Notes: generated from the sequence alone by a model not told the origin. A stretch of DNA of 64,000 nt from Candidatus Taylorbacteria bacterium RIFCSPHIGHO2_01_FULL_46_22b (GCA_001820875.1 MHRF01000013.1:9992-73991); one strand, 5' to 3'. Positions 1 to 8,577 are shown, counted from the stretch's first letter. A program made the numbers and translations.

Positions 1-73
1 CCATCGCTTTAGAATGTTTGGAGATAATTTATCACAATAGTGTAAAGGAGACAGCCACACTAATCTAAAATAA

Positions 74-250
74 ATGCGTTGTAACGTTGCAGAGCGAATA
101 TCGTTAGCAGAAATCTGGCACGCATACCAGCTCGCTTTACATTTCCTCCACCCCGACCACCTCTCCTCCGCCAGTGTCATCACCGACTCGTCAGGCAACC
201 TCACTCGCTCCCTCGACTACTACCCCTTCGGGGCACCACGTGGGGGATAA
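74..250 (+). pseudogene. Orphan RHS-repeat fragment (58-aa ORF ending in the left inverted repeat). Carries an RHS/YD repeat, ITDSSGNLTRSLDYYPFGAPRG. Stops in all frames upstream (1-73) show it is not the tail of a long intact rhs gene in this window.
   Basis: Frame-2 translation MRCNVAERISLAEIWHAYQLALHFLHPDHLSSASVITDSSGNLTRSLDYYPFGAPRGG*. The DxxGNL...YxYxPFG pattern is the canonical RHS repeat. The stop TAA at 248-250 lies inside the inserted repeat. Confidence 0.5.
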
Positions 251-264
251 TGGTGTCAGGTACC
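242..264. repeat. Left terminal inverted repeat (GGGGGATAATGGTGTCAGGTACC) of the transposase element
   Basis: Perfect reverse complement of 968-990 apart from one G indel. Contains a GGTACC core. Confidence 0.8.
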
Positions 265-285
265 ATTTAATGCTACTATGTCGGG

Positions 286-963
286 ATGGGACGAGCTATC
301 CGTGTCGATGTTGGAAATCAACTGTACCATGTGCTTAATCGAGCAAACGGGCGTCAGACTATTTTCCATTCTTCCAAAGACTACCAGCATTTTGAGAGTC
401 TTCTCGCAAAAGCAGTTAAAGATACAAGCATGCGCCTTCTTGCATATGCGGTTATGCCTAACCATTGGCACCTTATTCTCTATCCACACCAAGACGGAGA
501 TCTCAAACGATTCATGCAATGGCTTACATTGACACATACTCAACAGTATCACGTACGAAACAAAACGATTGGCTACGGTCACCTCTATCAAGGTCGTTAC
601 AAATCATTTCTGATTGAGAGAGACAACTATCTTCTTGCGGCGATCAAATATGTCGAGCGCAACCCCGTACGAGCAAAACTAGCAAAGAAAGTTGAATCTT
701 GGCAGTGGGGAAGCGGGTACCGACGGCTTGAGGGAAAAGCTACAGAACGATTAATCTTAACGGATTCGCCTGTGGACTTGCCTCGAGTCTACCGTACATG
801 GGTAAATAAATCTGATACAGATGATGATCTCACAGATGCACGGATCGCCGTGAATAAAGGGAAGCCTTTTGGTACTATTGAATGGACAAAACGTATGGTT
901 GAGCGTTTTGGTTTAGAACTTACCACGCGTCAGCGAGGGAGACCTAAGAAAACAACTACATGA
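286..963 (+). CDS. tnpA: IS200/IS605-family HUH (Y1) transposase, REP-associated tyrosine transposase-like
   Basis: AVMPNHWHLIL is the HuH motif. Overall similarity to the TnpA_REP/IS200 fold (RLLAYAVMPNHWHLI, catalytic Tyr-containing YHV...YQGRY region). About 225 aa. Flanked by inverted repeats. Confidence 0.8.
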   Translation: MGRAIRVDVGNQLYHVLNRANGRQTIFHSSKDYQHFESLLAKAVKDTSMRLLAYAVMPNHWHLILYPHQDGDLKRFMQWLTLTHTQQYHVRNKTIGYGHLYQGRYKSFLIERDNYLLAAIKYVERNPVRAKLAKKVESWQWGSGYRRLEGKATERLILTDSPVDLPRVYRTWVNKSDTDDDLTDARIAVNKGKPFGTIEWTKRMVERFGLELTTRQRGRPKKTTT

Positions 964-967
964 AAAA

Positions 968-990
968 GGTACCTGACACCATTATCCCCA
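968..990. repeat. Right terminal inverted repeat (GGTACCTGACACCATTATCCCCA)
   Basis: Reverse complement of 242-264. Confidence 0.8.
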
Positions 991-994
991 GGAA

Positions 995-1783
995 ATGTAC
1001 GATCCGATCAGCCAGCTTTCGTATCTGAACGCACGTTTTCTCGATCCGGTGCGGGGGCAGTTCTTGAGTCAGGATGCGGTGTTTCTATCCATAGGATCAA
1101 AACAATTGCCTCAAATATCAGACAAACCCCTCACTTACTACCTTTCTGATCCGCAGCAATTGAATAGTTATAGTTACGGAAGAGACAATCCAATAATATA
1201 TTCTGACCCGAATGGTCTGGATATATATTGGAGAAGTGACGGCACGCTAGCGAGAAATACCCGGAGTGGTTTTAACCAGTATTTTGAATCACAGGATGTG
1301 TCGATGTTAAACAGAAATGCGTCTTTAATGGAAAATAATCGTTGGAATCTGAGTTTGTTCAATAATCAGGTTACTGATAATGGTTCTTGGGATTACAAGA
1401 CACAAGGAAGAGAATATTATTTCTTTGACGGGAAATTAGTCAAAGCAGATGAGTTTGGAAACCTGAATTTTGGGTATACAGGTACAGCAGGGGGCATCGG
1501 TTCGTCTGTACTTGTAGATGCTGGGGGTTATGTCGAGGTTAGGAATCAGACAGCGATGTTTGAAAATATTGGTAATAATTTTGAGAAACCAGAGGATGTT
1601 AGGTCGATTAATCAAGGTGTTCAGACTTACTATAAGAATAATGGTAATAATTCGTCAGCTAATATTAGCCAAGCGAGCAACGTGGTCTATCAGTTGGGTT
1701 TACAGGCTATCGCTAGGGCATTGACCGCCATCTCATATATTTTGGGTGAAATTAGTCAGTCAATTAGCAATAAAATAAATTGA
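995..1783 (+). CDS. RHS core-end region plus C-terminal polymorphic toxin domain of unknown family. Annotated from the first ATG, but the sequence is a continuation of RHS coding sequence.
   Basis: N-terminus YDPISQLSYLNARFLDPVRGQFLSQD matches the RHS QYYDxETGLYYNRARYYDPxxGRFISQDP motif. It is followed by NSYSYGRDNPIIYSDPNGLD (the NxYxYxxNNPxxxxDPxGL motif that marks the start of the variable toxin tip), then a non-conserved C-terminal domain of about 200 aa. Same reading frame as the 74-250 fragment. Confidence 0.6.
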   Translation: MYDPISQLSYLNARFLDPVRGQFLSQDAVFLSIGSKQLPQISDKPLTYYLSDPQQLNSYSYGRDNPIIYSDPNGLDIYWRSDGTLARNTRSGFNQYFESQDVSMLNRNASLMENNRWNLSLFNNQVTDNGSWDYKTQGREYYFFDGKLVKADEFGNLNFGYTGTAGGIGSSVLVDAGGYVEVRNQTAMFENIGNNFEKPEDVRSINQGVQTYYKNNGNNSSANISQASNVVYQLGLQAIARALTAISYILGEISQSISNKIN

Positions 1784-1784
1784 T

Positions 1785-2246
1785 ATGGAAAAAGGACTTA
1801 TGTTTAAGGGTGTTCTCAAGAAGACCTTAACCGTCATCGGAGTCATTATTATAATTATGCTTGTTGGTTTTTCGATTTGGACTGGCTGGTTTTTCCATCT
1901 TTTGGGAAGTGGTTGTACAAATGGAGTTCTTGATTCCAGTAATTCTCCGGATCAGCAGTATAAAGTTGTAATTTTTGGTCGGAATTGTGGTGCAACAACC
2001 GATTTCTCTACACATGTCTCCGTGTTGACTGTAAATGAGAACACAGATAAGTTATCAACAGGGAATATTCTGATAATTGATTCTAATAATGGACAAGACT
2101 CTTCAAAAAATAGAGAAGGTGGTCCTGTAGTCATAAGTCAATGGGAAGGTCCGAAAACGCTAATCATCACTTTTAACTCTAAAGCACGAAGTTATCAGAA
2201 GGTCCAAAGATATAAGGATATCGAAATACGATATTTAACTAATTAA
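1785..2246 (+). CDS. Putative cognate immunity protein. Small membrane-anchored protein immediately downstream of the RHS toxin tip.
   Basis: Start lies 1 nt after the toxin stop (TGATATG). One N-terminal TM helix (TLTVIGVIIIIMLVGFSIWTGWFF). Position is typical for rhs immunity genes. Confidence 0.4.
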   Translation: MEKGLMFKGVLKKTLTVIGVIIIIMLVGFSIWTGWFFHLLGSGCTNGVLDSSNSPDQQYKVVIFGRNCGATTDFSTHVSVLTVNENTDKLSTGNILIIDSNNGQDSSKNREGGPVVISQWEGPKTLIITFNSKARSYQKVQRYKDIEIRYLTN

Positions 2247-2283
2247 ACTCCTATCCGTTATTACTTTGTGCTAATATGGATTC

Positions 2284-3414
2284 ATGAAAAAGCTATCATT
2301 TTGGGGAGGGCTCATCGGAGCACTTATTATCGCAGGGACTGCCTACGGAGCAGCAAAGGCTCTGACACACCCCACCGATTTATTGTTGGTGAACATTGCT
2401 ACAGGCGTCTCTAATTTATTGTGGATTGGCTTCGGTGTATTCTTGATAGCTATTTATCTAAAAAGTAAGAAACTTGAAGATGCAGGTCATATTCCAGTAA
2501 TGTCCCAACCTAATACTCCAGAAGATATCGAATTGCTGCGGAAAAGGAGGAATTGGGTATTCGGTTTTGTCATTCTATTCGAAATACTCGGATCGGTACC
2601 CACTTGGATCCTTAATAATTATGCTGGAGGTCTAACACTCGTTAACACTGGGGTTATTTTTGATGTTTTGTCCAACATGGCTTTCCTGTATATCGCCATC
2701 GAGTTATTTAGAGACAAAAAGAACGTTCTCAATCTTTTATTTCTTACCATGATTTTTTATACTCTGGGCGGAGGGGTCATTGGAATGTTGCGGCAACATT
2801 GGGTTGGGGTAATTATCGGTGTCCTTTTTGCGATTTATTTTGTGTACGGAATCAAGGCCCCTCTCAATCGTAGAAATCATCGGATTGCTCATCTGATTAT
2901 TTTACCAGCATTTGTAATCATTGCCTCCACATACCCATTTTTCGATAACGGAAATATTCCGGAGTTGGCAAAAAAAGATGCACTATTTGCACAAGAATAC
3001 ACAACTATAAATAATCGCCTTGCAGGTTCATACTCTCTTTATTTGGAACGTGAGGTTCCAAGTGAGAGCGACATTCAGGATGTGCAGAATGCAGTAACTA
3101 GGAAGGATGCAAAACTCCAAGAAATAATCTCAAATATGAACGCACTTCAAGCAGAATATAATAAGCAACTTCCCAGCATTCCGCAGCAGAAGACTTTAGA
3201 ATACCTCCGTCTCACGCTAGCGGTTATTGATCTTGATAGAGAACAAGGAGATATAATTAAGGAGTTGATGAATTATTCAACTAACTTAGATTTTACAAGA
3301 TTTTCCAGTGAACAGAAAGAGAATATAAGTGTACTTAAGGATAAAATAAATGACTATAACACCCAAATTACAGCAGCTCAGTTTAGGCGCAATAATTCAA
3401 ATTTAAGTATTTAA
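2284..3414 (+). CDS. Hypothetical polytopic membrane protein with a C-terminal coiled-coil tail
   Basis: Multiple hydrophobic helices in residues 1-220, then a Q/E/K-rich heptad-like C-terminus. No recognised domain. Bounded downstream by a solo copy of the REP-like repeat. Confidence 0.45.
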   Translation: MKKLSFWGGLIGALIIAGTAYGAAKALTHPTDLLLVNIATGVSNLLWIGFGVFLIAIYLKSKKLEDAGHIPVMSQPNTPEDIELLRKRRNWVFGFVILFEILGSVPTWILNNYAGGLTLVNTGVIFDVLSNMAFLYIAIELFRDKKNVLNLLFLTMIFYTLGGGVIGMLRQHWVGVIIGVLFAIYFVYGIKAPLNRRNHRIAHLIILPAFVIIASTYPFFDNGNIPELAKKDALFAQEYTTINNRLAGSYSLYLEREVPSESDIQDVQNAVTRKDAKLQEIISNMNALQAEYNKQLPSIPQQKTLEYLRLTLAVIDLDREQGDIIKELMNYSTNLDFTRFSSEQKENISVLKDKINDYNTQITAAQFRRNNSNLSI

Positions 3415-3426
3415 TACTAAGATTTA

Positions 3427-3440
3427 TGGTGTCAGGTACC
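3427..3440. repeat. Third (solo) copy of the REP-like core TGGTGTCAGGTACC, same orientation as IR-L
   Basis: Exact 14-nt match to 251-264, plus flanking AT-rich similarity (ATnnTGGTGTCAGGTACCwTTT). Confidence 0.7.
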
Positions 3441-3484
3441 TTTTCTTAAAAACCCCAATCTAATTTCCGATATATAATGTATCA

Positions 3485-3952
3485 ATGTTCCGCTTTCTAG
3501 CCACCACTTTTCTCATTGCAAGTCTTGTTTTTGCGCCACTTTTTACTGTCGCACAAGAAGTTTCAACTACTACAGACAATCTCATCCCCGTCCTTTTCTT
3601 TTTGCACCACACTGATGACACCGCTTTAGGCATTCTCGCCGTAATGCCGTTCAATGAACAAGAGGGGGTTGTAGTGTATCAGCCGTTAGCCACCTCCACC
3701 AACTCCCACACACTCCTCGGAGGCCCCACCTCCTCATCAGGCAATGGCTCAAACACCAACTATGACGGCTTCATCATTGGACAAGTAGACCAGACGTCTG
3801 GCTCCTCCTTCACCCCCACCTCCAACTGGTACATGGATGGCCTCATTGACGATGTAAGGGTCTACAATGCCGTCATCTCCACGAGTACCATGAACACCCA
3901 CAATACTGAACTCGAGGGTAACGAGTCAGACCTTGTTCTTGAATATAGTTAA
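3485..3952 (+). CDS. Small secreted protein with a laminin-G/concanavalin-like fragment
   Basis: N-terminal signal peptide (MFRFLATTFLIASLVFAPLFTVAQE). C-terminal YMDGLIDDVRVYNAVIS resembles the LamG FxGxIDEVRIYNRALS motif. TATATAAT-like -10 at 3466-3473. Confidence 0.4.
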   Translation: MFRFLATTFLIASLVFAPLFTVAQEVSTTTDNLIPVLFFLHHTDDTALGILAVMPFNEQEGVVVYQPLATSTNSHTLLGGPTSSSGNGSNTNYDGFIIGQVDQTSGSSFTPTSNWYMDGLIDDVRVYNAVISTSTMNTHNTELEGNESDLVLEYS

Positions 3953-4130
3953 GTCACTTAGATAAAAGTTGCCACAGGACTTATCTCTTTGCAGTCTTCT
4001 GTTTGTTGTTTTTGAATGCAAAGAGGGGAAGGAGGTCGGGGAAACGGGAGTTTCCCTGTTGAGGAGAGCAGCAAGCGAGTCTGCGAGTGAGCGTTGAGAA
4101 CCGAGAGGTTACTCAAGATAAGTTCTATTT

Positions 4131-4159
4131 GCCACAGGACTTATCTTTTGTGATAATAG
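4131..4159 (+). promoter_or_regulatory. Putative sigma-70 promoter of ctpA (TTGCCA, 17 bp spacer, TGnGATAAT)
   Basis: -35-like TTGCCA, 17-nt spacer, extended -10 TGTGATAAT, then AGGAG, then ATG at 4168. Confidence 0.4.
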
Positions 4160-4167
4160 GAGTTCTC

Positions 4168-5448
4168 ATGCAACCTCAATCACGCGGAAGAATTGTTTTA
4201 GTTGTTATTGTCCTCCTTGTACTCGGAGGTGTTTTCTATGCTGGTTTTACTGCTGGCATGCGGAATGTGCCGGACATATCTTTAGTTACTGAATTGACGA
4301 ATAAAGAAGGGGACAAGCCTTCCGAAGTTGATTTTTCGGCTTTTTGGAGAGCGTGGAGAGTGCTTAACGATAAATATATTCCTACTAAGGTTGCTACGAC
4401 AACCGTTGCCGTTACAGATCAGGATAAAGTGTGGGGAGCTATCAGCGGCCTGACTGCCTCGCTCAAAGATCCGTACACAATTTTCTTTCCTCCCGAAGAG
4501 GCTAAGATTTTTGAGAGTGAAATTTCTGGAACGTTTGAAGGAGTGGGGATGGAAATTGGGATTAAAGACAAAATTCTCACTGTAGTTGCTCCGCTGAAAG
4601 ATACGCCTGCAGAACGTGCAGGGATTCGTTCAGGTGATCGCATTCTCAAGATTGATGGTATTCCTACTGATGGTATGGGTACTGATATTGCTGTGCGTAA
4701 AATAAGAGGGAAACAAGGCACTACAGTGCGTCTCACGGTCTCAAGAGAAGGCCGGCCAGAGGCGTTCGATCTTTCTGTTACCCGAGGAGTTATCAATGTC
4801 CCAGTGATTGATACACAGGTTAAGCTTTCCGATGGCACCATTTCTCCAGATAAAACTGTGGGTCTGCGTTCAGATGGTGTATTTATCATTCGCTTATATA
4901 GCTTTACGGCGCAGTCACCGGATTTGTTTAGAGGTGCGCTTCGCGAATTTATTCAATCCGGTTCAACCAAATTATTACTTGATTTGCGGGGAAATCCGGG
5001 TGGCTATCTTGAAGCGGCAGTCGACATGGCAAGCTGGTTCCTTCCGGCAGGCGATGTTGTGGTACAGGAAGAATATGCAAAGGACGATGTGCGCATCTAT
5101 CGAAGTCATGGGTATGACGTGTTCAATGAGAATTTGAGAATGGTTATATTGATTGACGGCGGATCTGCTTCGGCGTCTGAAATTCTTGCAGGAGCGTTGC
5201 GTGAATATAAGATTGCAGAGCTTGTTGGTGCAAAAACATTTGGCAAAGGATCAGTGCAAGAGCTAGTTCCGCTTACAGCCGATACATCCTTGAAAGTGAC
5301 CGTTGCGCGCTGGCTCACACCTTCTGGAAAGAGTATCTCGGAGGAAGGCTTGATTCCGGATTACGAAGTGGAGATTACACAGGAAGATTTGACCAAACAG
5401 CGTGATCCGCAGATGGATAAAGCAATATCTGTTCTGCTTGGCAAATAA
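4168..5448 (+). CDS. ctpA: Carboxyl-terminal processing protease (S41 family, PDZ domain)
   Basis: PDZ region (GIRSGDRILKIDGIPTDGM) and S41 core (LLLDLRGNPGGYLEAAVDMASWF). N-terminal signal-anchor. The track ORF starting at 4087 is a 5-prime over-extension through the promoter repeat. Confidence 0.85.
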   Translation: MQPQSRGRIVLVVIVLLVLGGVFYAGFTAGMRNVPDISLVTELTNKEGDKPSEVDFSAFWRAWRVLNDKYIPTKVATTTVAVTDQDKVWGAISGLTASLKDPYTIFFPPEEAKIFESEISGTFEGVGMEIGIKDKILTVVAPLKDTPAERAGIRSGDRILKIDGIPTDGMGTDIAVRKIRGKQGTTVRLTVSREGRPEAFDLSVTRGVINVPVIDTQVKLSDGTISPDKTVGLRSDGVFIIRLYSFTAQSPDLFRGALREFIQSGSTKLLLDLRGNPGGYLEAAVDMASWFLPAGDVVVQEEYAKDDVRIYRSHGYDVFNENLRMVILIDGGSASASEILAGALREYKIAELVGAKTFGKGSVQELVPLTADTSLKVTVARWLTPSGKSISEEGLIPDYEVEITQEDLTKQRDPQMDKAISVLLGK

Positions 5449-5506
5449 GCAATTTTTGTGTAATATCGGTATTCAACACACATTAACGATTTAATCCAAG
5501 TAACGC

Positions 5507-5953
5507 ATGAAAGTTATATTCCTACAAGATGTACGAGGTAGCGGAAAGAAATTTGAGGTTAAAGACGTCTCAGATGGCTATGCTATAAACATGCTTATTC
5601 CTCGGAGTTTGGCGCAGCCGGCGACCGCTTCGGCGCTTACCAAGCTTGAAGTTGAGCGATCGCGAATGGCTGCGGAGAAGAATATCCAAGCCGATCTTCT
5701 GCACAAGAATCTCTCTGAACTTGAAGGGAAGCAAATTCATTTTAAAGTTAAGGCAAGCGAGCAAGGACATCTATTTGCTTCTATCCATAAAGAAGACATC
5801 GTAGCTCGTTTGAAAGAGGAACTACGTATTGACGCTAACCCCGATTTTATTGAATTAGCGCATCCTCTGAAGTCTCTTGGCGAGCATGAGATTGTCGTTT
5901 CTGTCAAAGATCAAAAGGCAAAATTTAAAGTTATAGTGGAAGTTCAGAAATAA
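5507..5953 (+). CDS. rplI: 50S ribosomal protein L9
   Basis: MKVIFLQDVRGSGKKFEVKDVSDGYAINMLIPRSLA is the typical L9 N-terminal domain. About 148 aa. Confidence 0.9.
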   Translation: MKVIFLQDVRGSGKKFEVKDVSDGYAINMLIPRSLAQPATASALTKLEVERSRMAAEKNIQADLLHKNLSELEGKQIHFKVKASEQGHLFASIHKEDIVARLKEELRIDANPDFIELAHPLKSLGEHEIVVSVKDQKAKFKVIVEVQK

Positions 5954-5974
5954 AGAGTGTTTGTTCAAAACAAA

Positions 5975-6008
5975 AATCGCCCTGTCATCCGACAGGGCGA
6001 TTTTTGTT
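5975..6008. terminator. Bidirectional rho-independent terminator between convergent rplI and rpmA
   Basis: Hairpin TCGCCCTGTC-ATCC-GACAGGGCGA flanked by A-run and T-run. Confidence 0.8.
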
Positions 6009-6015
6009 TGAATGG

Positions 6016-6288
6016 TTAGTTTACGTGGACGACTTTCTTCTGCTTGGTTTCATTGTTGAACCCCTTCTTTCTTTTATCAGAAAAAGAAACAATACCGTTT
6101 TTAAGGGCAAACAAGGTATGATCTTTGCCGATTCCCACATTCTTGCCAGCCATAATCTTTGTGCCGCGTTGACGGACAATGATTGCTCCGACATTGGCTT
6201 TCTGTCCAGCAGAGAGCTTAATGCCGAGGAATTTCGGGTTTGAATCACGTAGGTTTTTAGCTGTTCCGCCTGCTTTAGTATGTGCCAT
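6016..6288 (-). CDS. rpmA: 50S ribosomal protein L27
   Basis: [29 protein letters not shown]...[24 protein letters not shown] is the canonical L27 sequence. Confidence 0.9.
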   Translation of the reverse strand: MAHTKAGGTAKNLRDSNPKFLGIKLSAGQKANVGAIIVRQRGTKIMAGKNVGIGKDHTLFALKNGIVSFSDKRKKGFNNETKQKKVVHVN

Positions 6289-6356
6289 TGAAGTAGGGAA
6301 TAGGGTTTAGCGTATAGGGTAAAAGATTGAAAATACGTTACAATTGAGTAACGAAG

Positions 6357-6779
6357 ATGAGTATACCTGACATACAGCATTTGATCAAGTGGCCCCCTTC
6401 AGGTAAAGCGAAGGATGTTTTTATACTAATCGTCATTGTATTAGTGGCGCTTTGCTCGTTTGCACTTGGCCGACTTTCTGCTATCGAATCTGTGCGTCCT
6501 CCAGTGAAAATTTTGGGTTCAGCGAGCATAATTCAAGGTCTCCAGACTCCAGAGACAGACAGCAAAGTAACCTCTTCTACAGCAATACCTGCTCCTGCTC
6601 CTCTATCAGGGCAGGGGAATGGATCAGTGGTCGCCTCAAAATCAGGCACAAAATATCACTTTCCGTGGTGTGCCGGTGCTAAAAGCATAAAAGAGGAAAA
6701 TAAAATTTGGTTTGCTTCAATTGAAGCCGCTCGATCGGCGGGATACACGCCCGCGGCAAACTGTAAGGGATTGGAATGA
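6357..6779 (+). CDS. Membrane-anchored protein with a C-terminal YHxPxC...FxSxxEAxxAGYxP..C motif (Ada-like metal-binding-domain resemblance)
   Basis: One TM (FILIVIVLVALCSFALG). Ends KYHFPWCAGAKSIKEENKIWFASIEAARSAGYTPAANCKG, which resembles the Ada N-terminal Zn-binding fold motif. Has only 2 Cys. Confidence 0.4.
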   Translation: MSIPDIQHLIKWPPSGKAKDVFILIVIVLVALCSFALGRLSAIESVRPPVKILGSASIIQGLQTPETDSKVTSSTAIPAPAPLSGQGNGSVVASKSGTKYHFPWCAGAKSIKEENKIWFASIEAARSAGYTPAANCKGLE

Positions 6780-6792
6780 TATTTAAAAAAAG

Positions 6793-6818
6793 GCCTTGCT
6801 CGGGAAGCGAGCAAGGCT
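6793..6818. terminator. Terminator-like hairpin after the 6357-6779 gene
   Basis: CCTTGCTCG-GGAAG-CGAGCAAGG. The A-run lies upstream rather than a T-run downstream on plus. Confidence 0.4.
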
Positions 6819-7028
6819 GTACTGAAAAAGGGTGGCCACACACGGCTTCCCTGCAAGTGTTTTTCTCTTTCGACTGCGGGGAACCTCCTACCTCCTTGCT
6901 TCCTCAACGCTTTGACCCTAACGAACAACTTGCTTTCAGTACACCCCTTATTTTAATCGAAATAAAAAAATCAAACAAGAAAAGGTTGTTAGAATTGACT
7001 TCGGTTTGTGTGTGATAAACTTAGCGTC

Positions 7029-7619
7029 ATGATTGTGGTTGATATGGAATCAAGCGGACTCGATCCACATAAAGATGGACTGCTCTCAATTGGCGCAGTT
7101 GATTTTAGCAATCCCAAGAACACTTTCTATGCCGAGTGTCGACTCTGGGATGGGGGACACGCTGATCAAGGAGCTCTCAATATCAATGGATTCACTATGG
7201 AAAATGTTCACGATTCCACCAAACAGACCGAAGCCGAGCTCGTAGCAGCATTCATCCGTTGGTCTGATTCATGCAAAGAAAAAACCATTGCGGGGCAGAA
7301 TCCTGCGACTGATCGGGAATTTATACGTATTGCGGCGCACAGAGCTCATCTCAACTGGATGTTTGCATACCGCACTATTGATTTGCATTCAGTTGCGTAT
7401 ACACACATGATTATGAATGGGAAAGAGCCTCCGCGCATGCATGACCACTCTGCACTTAACCTCGACGCTATTTCGGTTTATTGTGGAATGTTTTCGGAAC
7501 CCAAACCGCACAATGGTCTCACTGGGGCAAAACTTGAAGCCGAGTGCTTCTCCCGTCTCTGGTACAACAAACCCTTTTTTGATGAATATAAAGAATATCT
7601 CATCCCGTGGAAGAAATAA
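7029..7619 (+). CDS. DEDDh 3-prime to 5-prime exonuclease (DnaQ/RNase T-like fold)
   Basis: Exo I VVDMESSGLDP (DxE). Exo II GQNPATDREF. Exo III YRTIDLHSVAY (H...D). ATG at 7029 is in frame with track ORF 7008. Confidence 0.7.
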   Translation: MIVVDMESSGLDPHKDGLLSIGAVDFSNPKNTFYAECRLWDGGHADQGALNINGFTMENVHDSTKQTEAELVAAFIRWSDSCKEKTIAGQNPATDREFIRIAAHRAHLNWMFAYRTIDLHSVAYTHMIMNGKEPPRMHDHSALNLDAISVYCGMFSEPKPHNGLTGAKLEAECFSRLWYNKPFFDEYKEYLIPWKK

Positions 7620-7742
7620 GAGGATAGCATGGAAAGATATTTAAAAAATAAGAACTCGAGAATATGCAAAATCATATTTTACCAGCGATAGCTGGTAAAA
7701 TGTGGACCTTAATTAATAAAACTAAAAAGTAAAAAAAGAAGA

Positions 7743-7766
7743 GGGCGTTTGCGCAAGCAAACGCCC
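7743..7766 (-). terminator. Rho-independent terminator for the minus-strand phosphatase gene
   Basis: GGGCGTTTGC-GCAA-GCAAACGCCC, with a T-run on the minus strand. Confidence 0.6.
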
Positions 7767-7786
7767 GTCTCTGAAATGTGCTCGCC

Positions 7787-8344
7787 CTACTCGAGGAGCG
7801 TGATGAGCCCGTCGTCGGGATCGACGTTGACCAACACGTACCCTTTTTTGGTCAGCTCGGGGTCGTGAATGAACCCTTTGAGTGAATCGTTGGTGGTGAT
7901 TCCTTTGGTGTGGGCAACGATCCCACCGATGACCGGTCGATGACTGGTGACCAGAACATTTGTCTGTTTGAGGTGTGCCGTGCTGATTTTTCGCATTGCG
8001 CGGACACCACTCTGTTGCCAATAGACGTAATCCTGTTGCTCACATCCAGGGTAGTAGATCACTTCACCACTGGCCTTGTCGAGATTCGCCTTTTGTCCCA
8101 ATTCCTCCATGGAGTGGAAGTCAAGATCATAGAAGTTGGCGAATACCGATGCCGCGTCCGACGCCCGTGCCATGCGAGAGCAATACAAGACATGATACGG
8201 TCCGAATCTCCTGATGACAGGCAGGAGGTGTAGGAGGTTTTCCATACCATCCATTGTCATAGGAGGGTTTGCCCCCAATACTTTTGGGTACCGTGTTACA
8301 TCTTCCACTTTTGCGTCATGGAAGACCATACAGATTTTTGCCAT
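7787..8344 (-). CDS. Histidine phosphatase superfamily protein (phosphoglycerate mutase-like branch)
   Basis: VTSHRPVIGGIVAH (VxSHG-like) and YCSRMARASDAA (SxxxRA-like) motifs. Start taken at MAKICMVFHD inside the longer ORF. Confidence 0.6.
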   Translation of the reverse strand: MAKICMVFHDAKVEDVTRYPKVLGANPPMTMDGMENLLHLLPVIRRFGPYHVLYCSRMARASDAASVFANFYDLDFHSMEELGQKANLDKASGEVIYYPGCEQQDYVYWQQSGVRAMRKISTAHLKQTNVLVTSHRPVIGGIVAHTKGITTNDSLKGFIHDPELTKKGYVLVNVDPDDGLITLLE

Positions 8345-8544
8345 CGTGCTTGTCTTTCTCTTTCGAGGTTGTTCAGTTGCAGGTGTTTCTCGGCACACCA
8401 ATTTAAGCCGTTTGTGTTTTCAAAACTGAATATATTATAGCACATTCCTTTCTATTTTGCAATACCTTGTCAGGTGCCTCGTTTTTGAACAGATATATGG
8501 AAAAGAAGCTTGTTTTAGGCTATAGTAGATAAGCGTTTATTAAA

Positions 8545-8577
8545 CGGGGTGTAGTATAACGGTAGTATTTGCCCATG
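8545..8577 (+). repeat. 5-prime half-copy (33 nt) of tRNA-Pro, identical to 8652-8684
   Basis: CGGGGTGTAGTATAACGGTAGTATTTGCCCATG is identical to the first 33 nt of the downstream tRNA. The copy ends just before the anticodon. Confidence 0.7.

Larger units (their letters stand above)
242..991 (+). mobile_element. IS200/IS605-family (TnpA_REP / RAYT-like) single-gene element. About 22-bp inverted repeats flank the Y1 transposase. It is inserted inside an RHS C-terminal coding region.
   Basis: IR-L 242-264 and IR-R 968-990. The single ORF carries the HUH motif. The element is 750 bp long and splits RHS repeat sequence (upstream) from RHS core-end sequence (downstream). Confidence 0.7.

Noticed and set aside
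4419-4889. 156-aa antisense ORF in ctpA
   Set aside because: Antisense to a clear S41 protease gene.
6021-6380. 119-aa minus-strand ORF overlapping rpmA
   Set aside because: Different frame of the L27 gene region. L27 is unambiguous.
7722-8429. Cluster of overlapping 60-107-aa ORFs on both strands (His/Arg-rich)
   Set aside because: All overlap the histidine-phosphatase gene in alternative frames. Typical alternate-frame noise.
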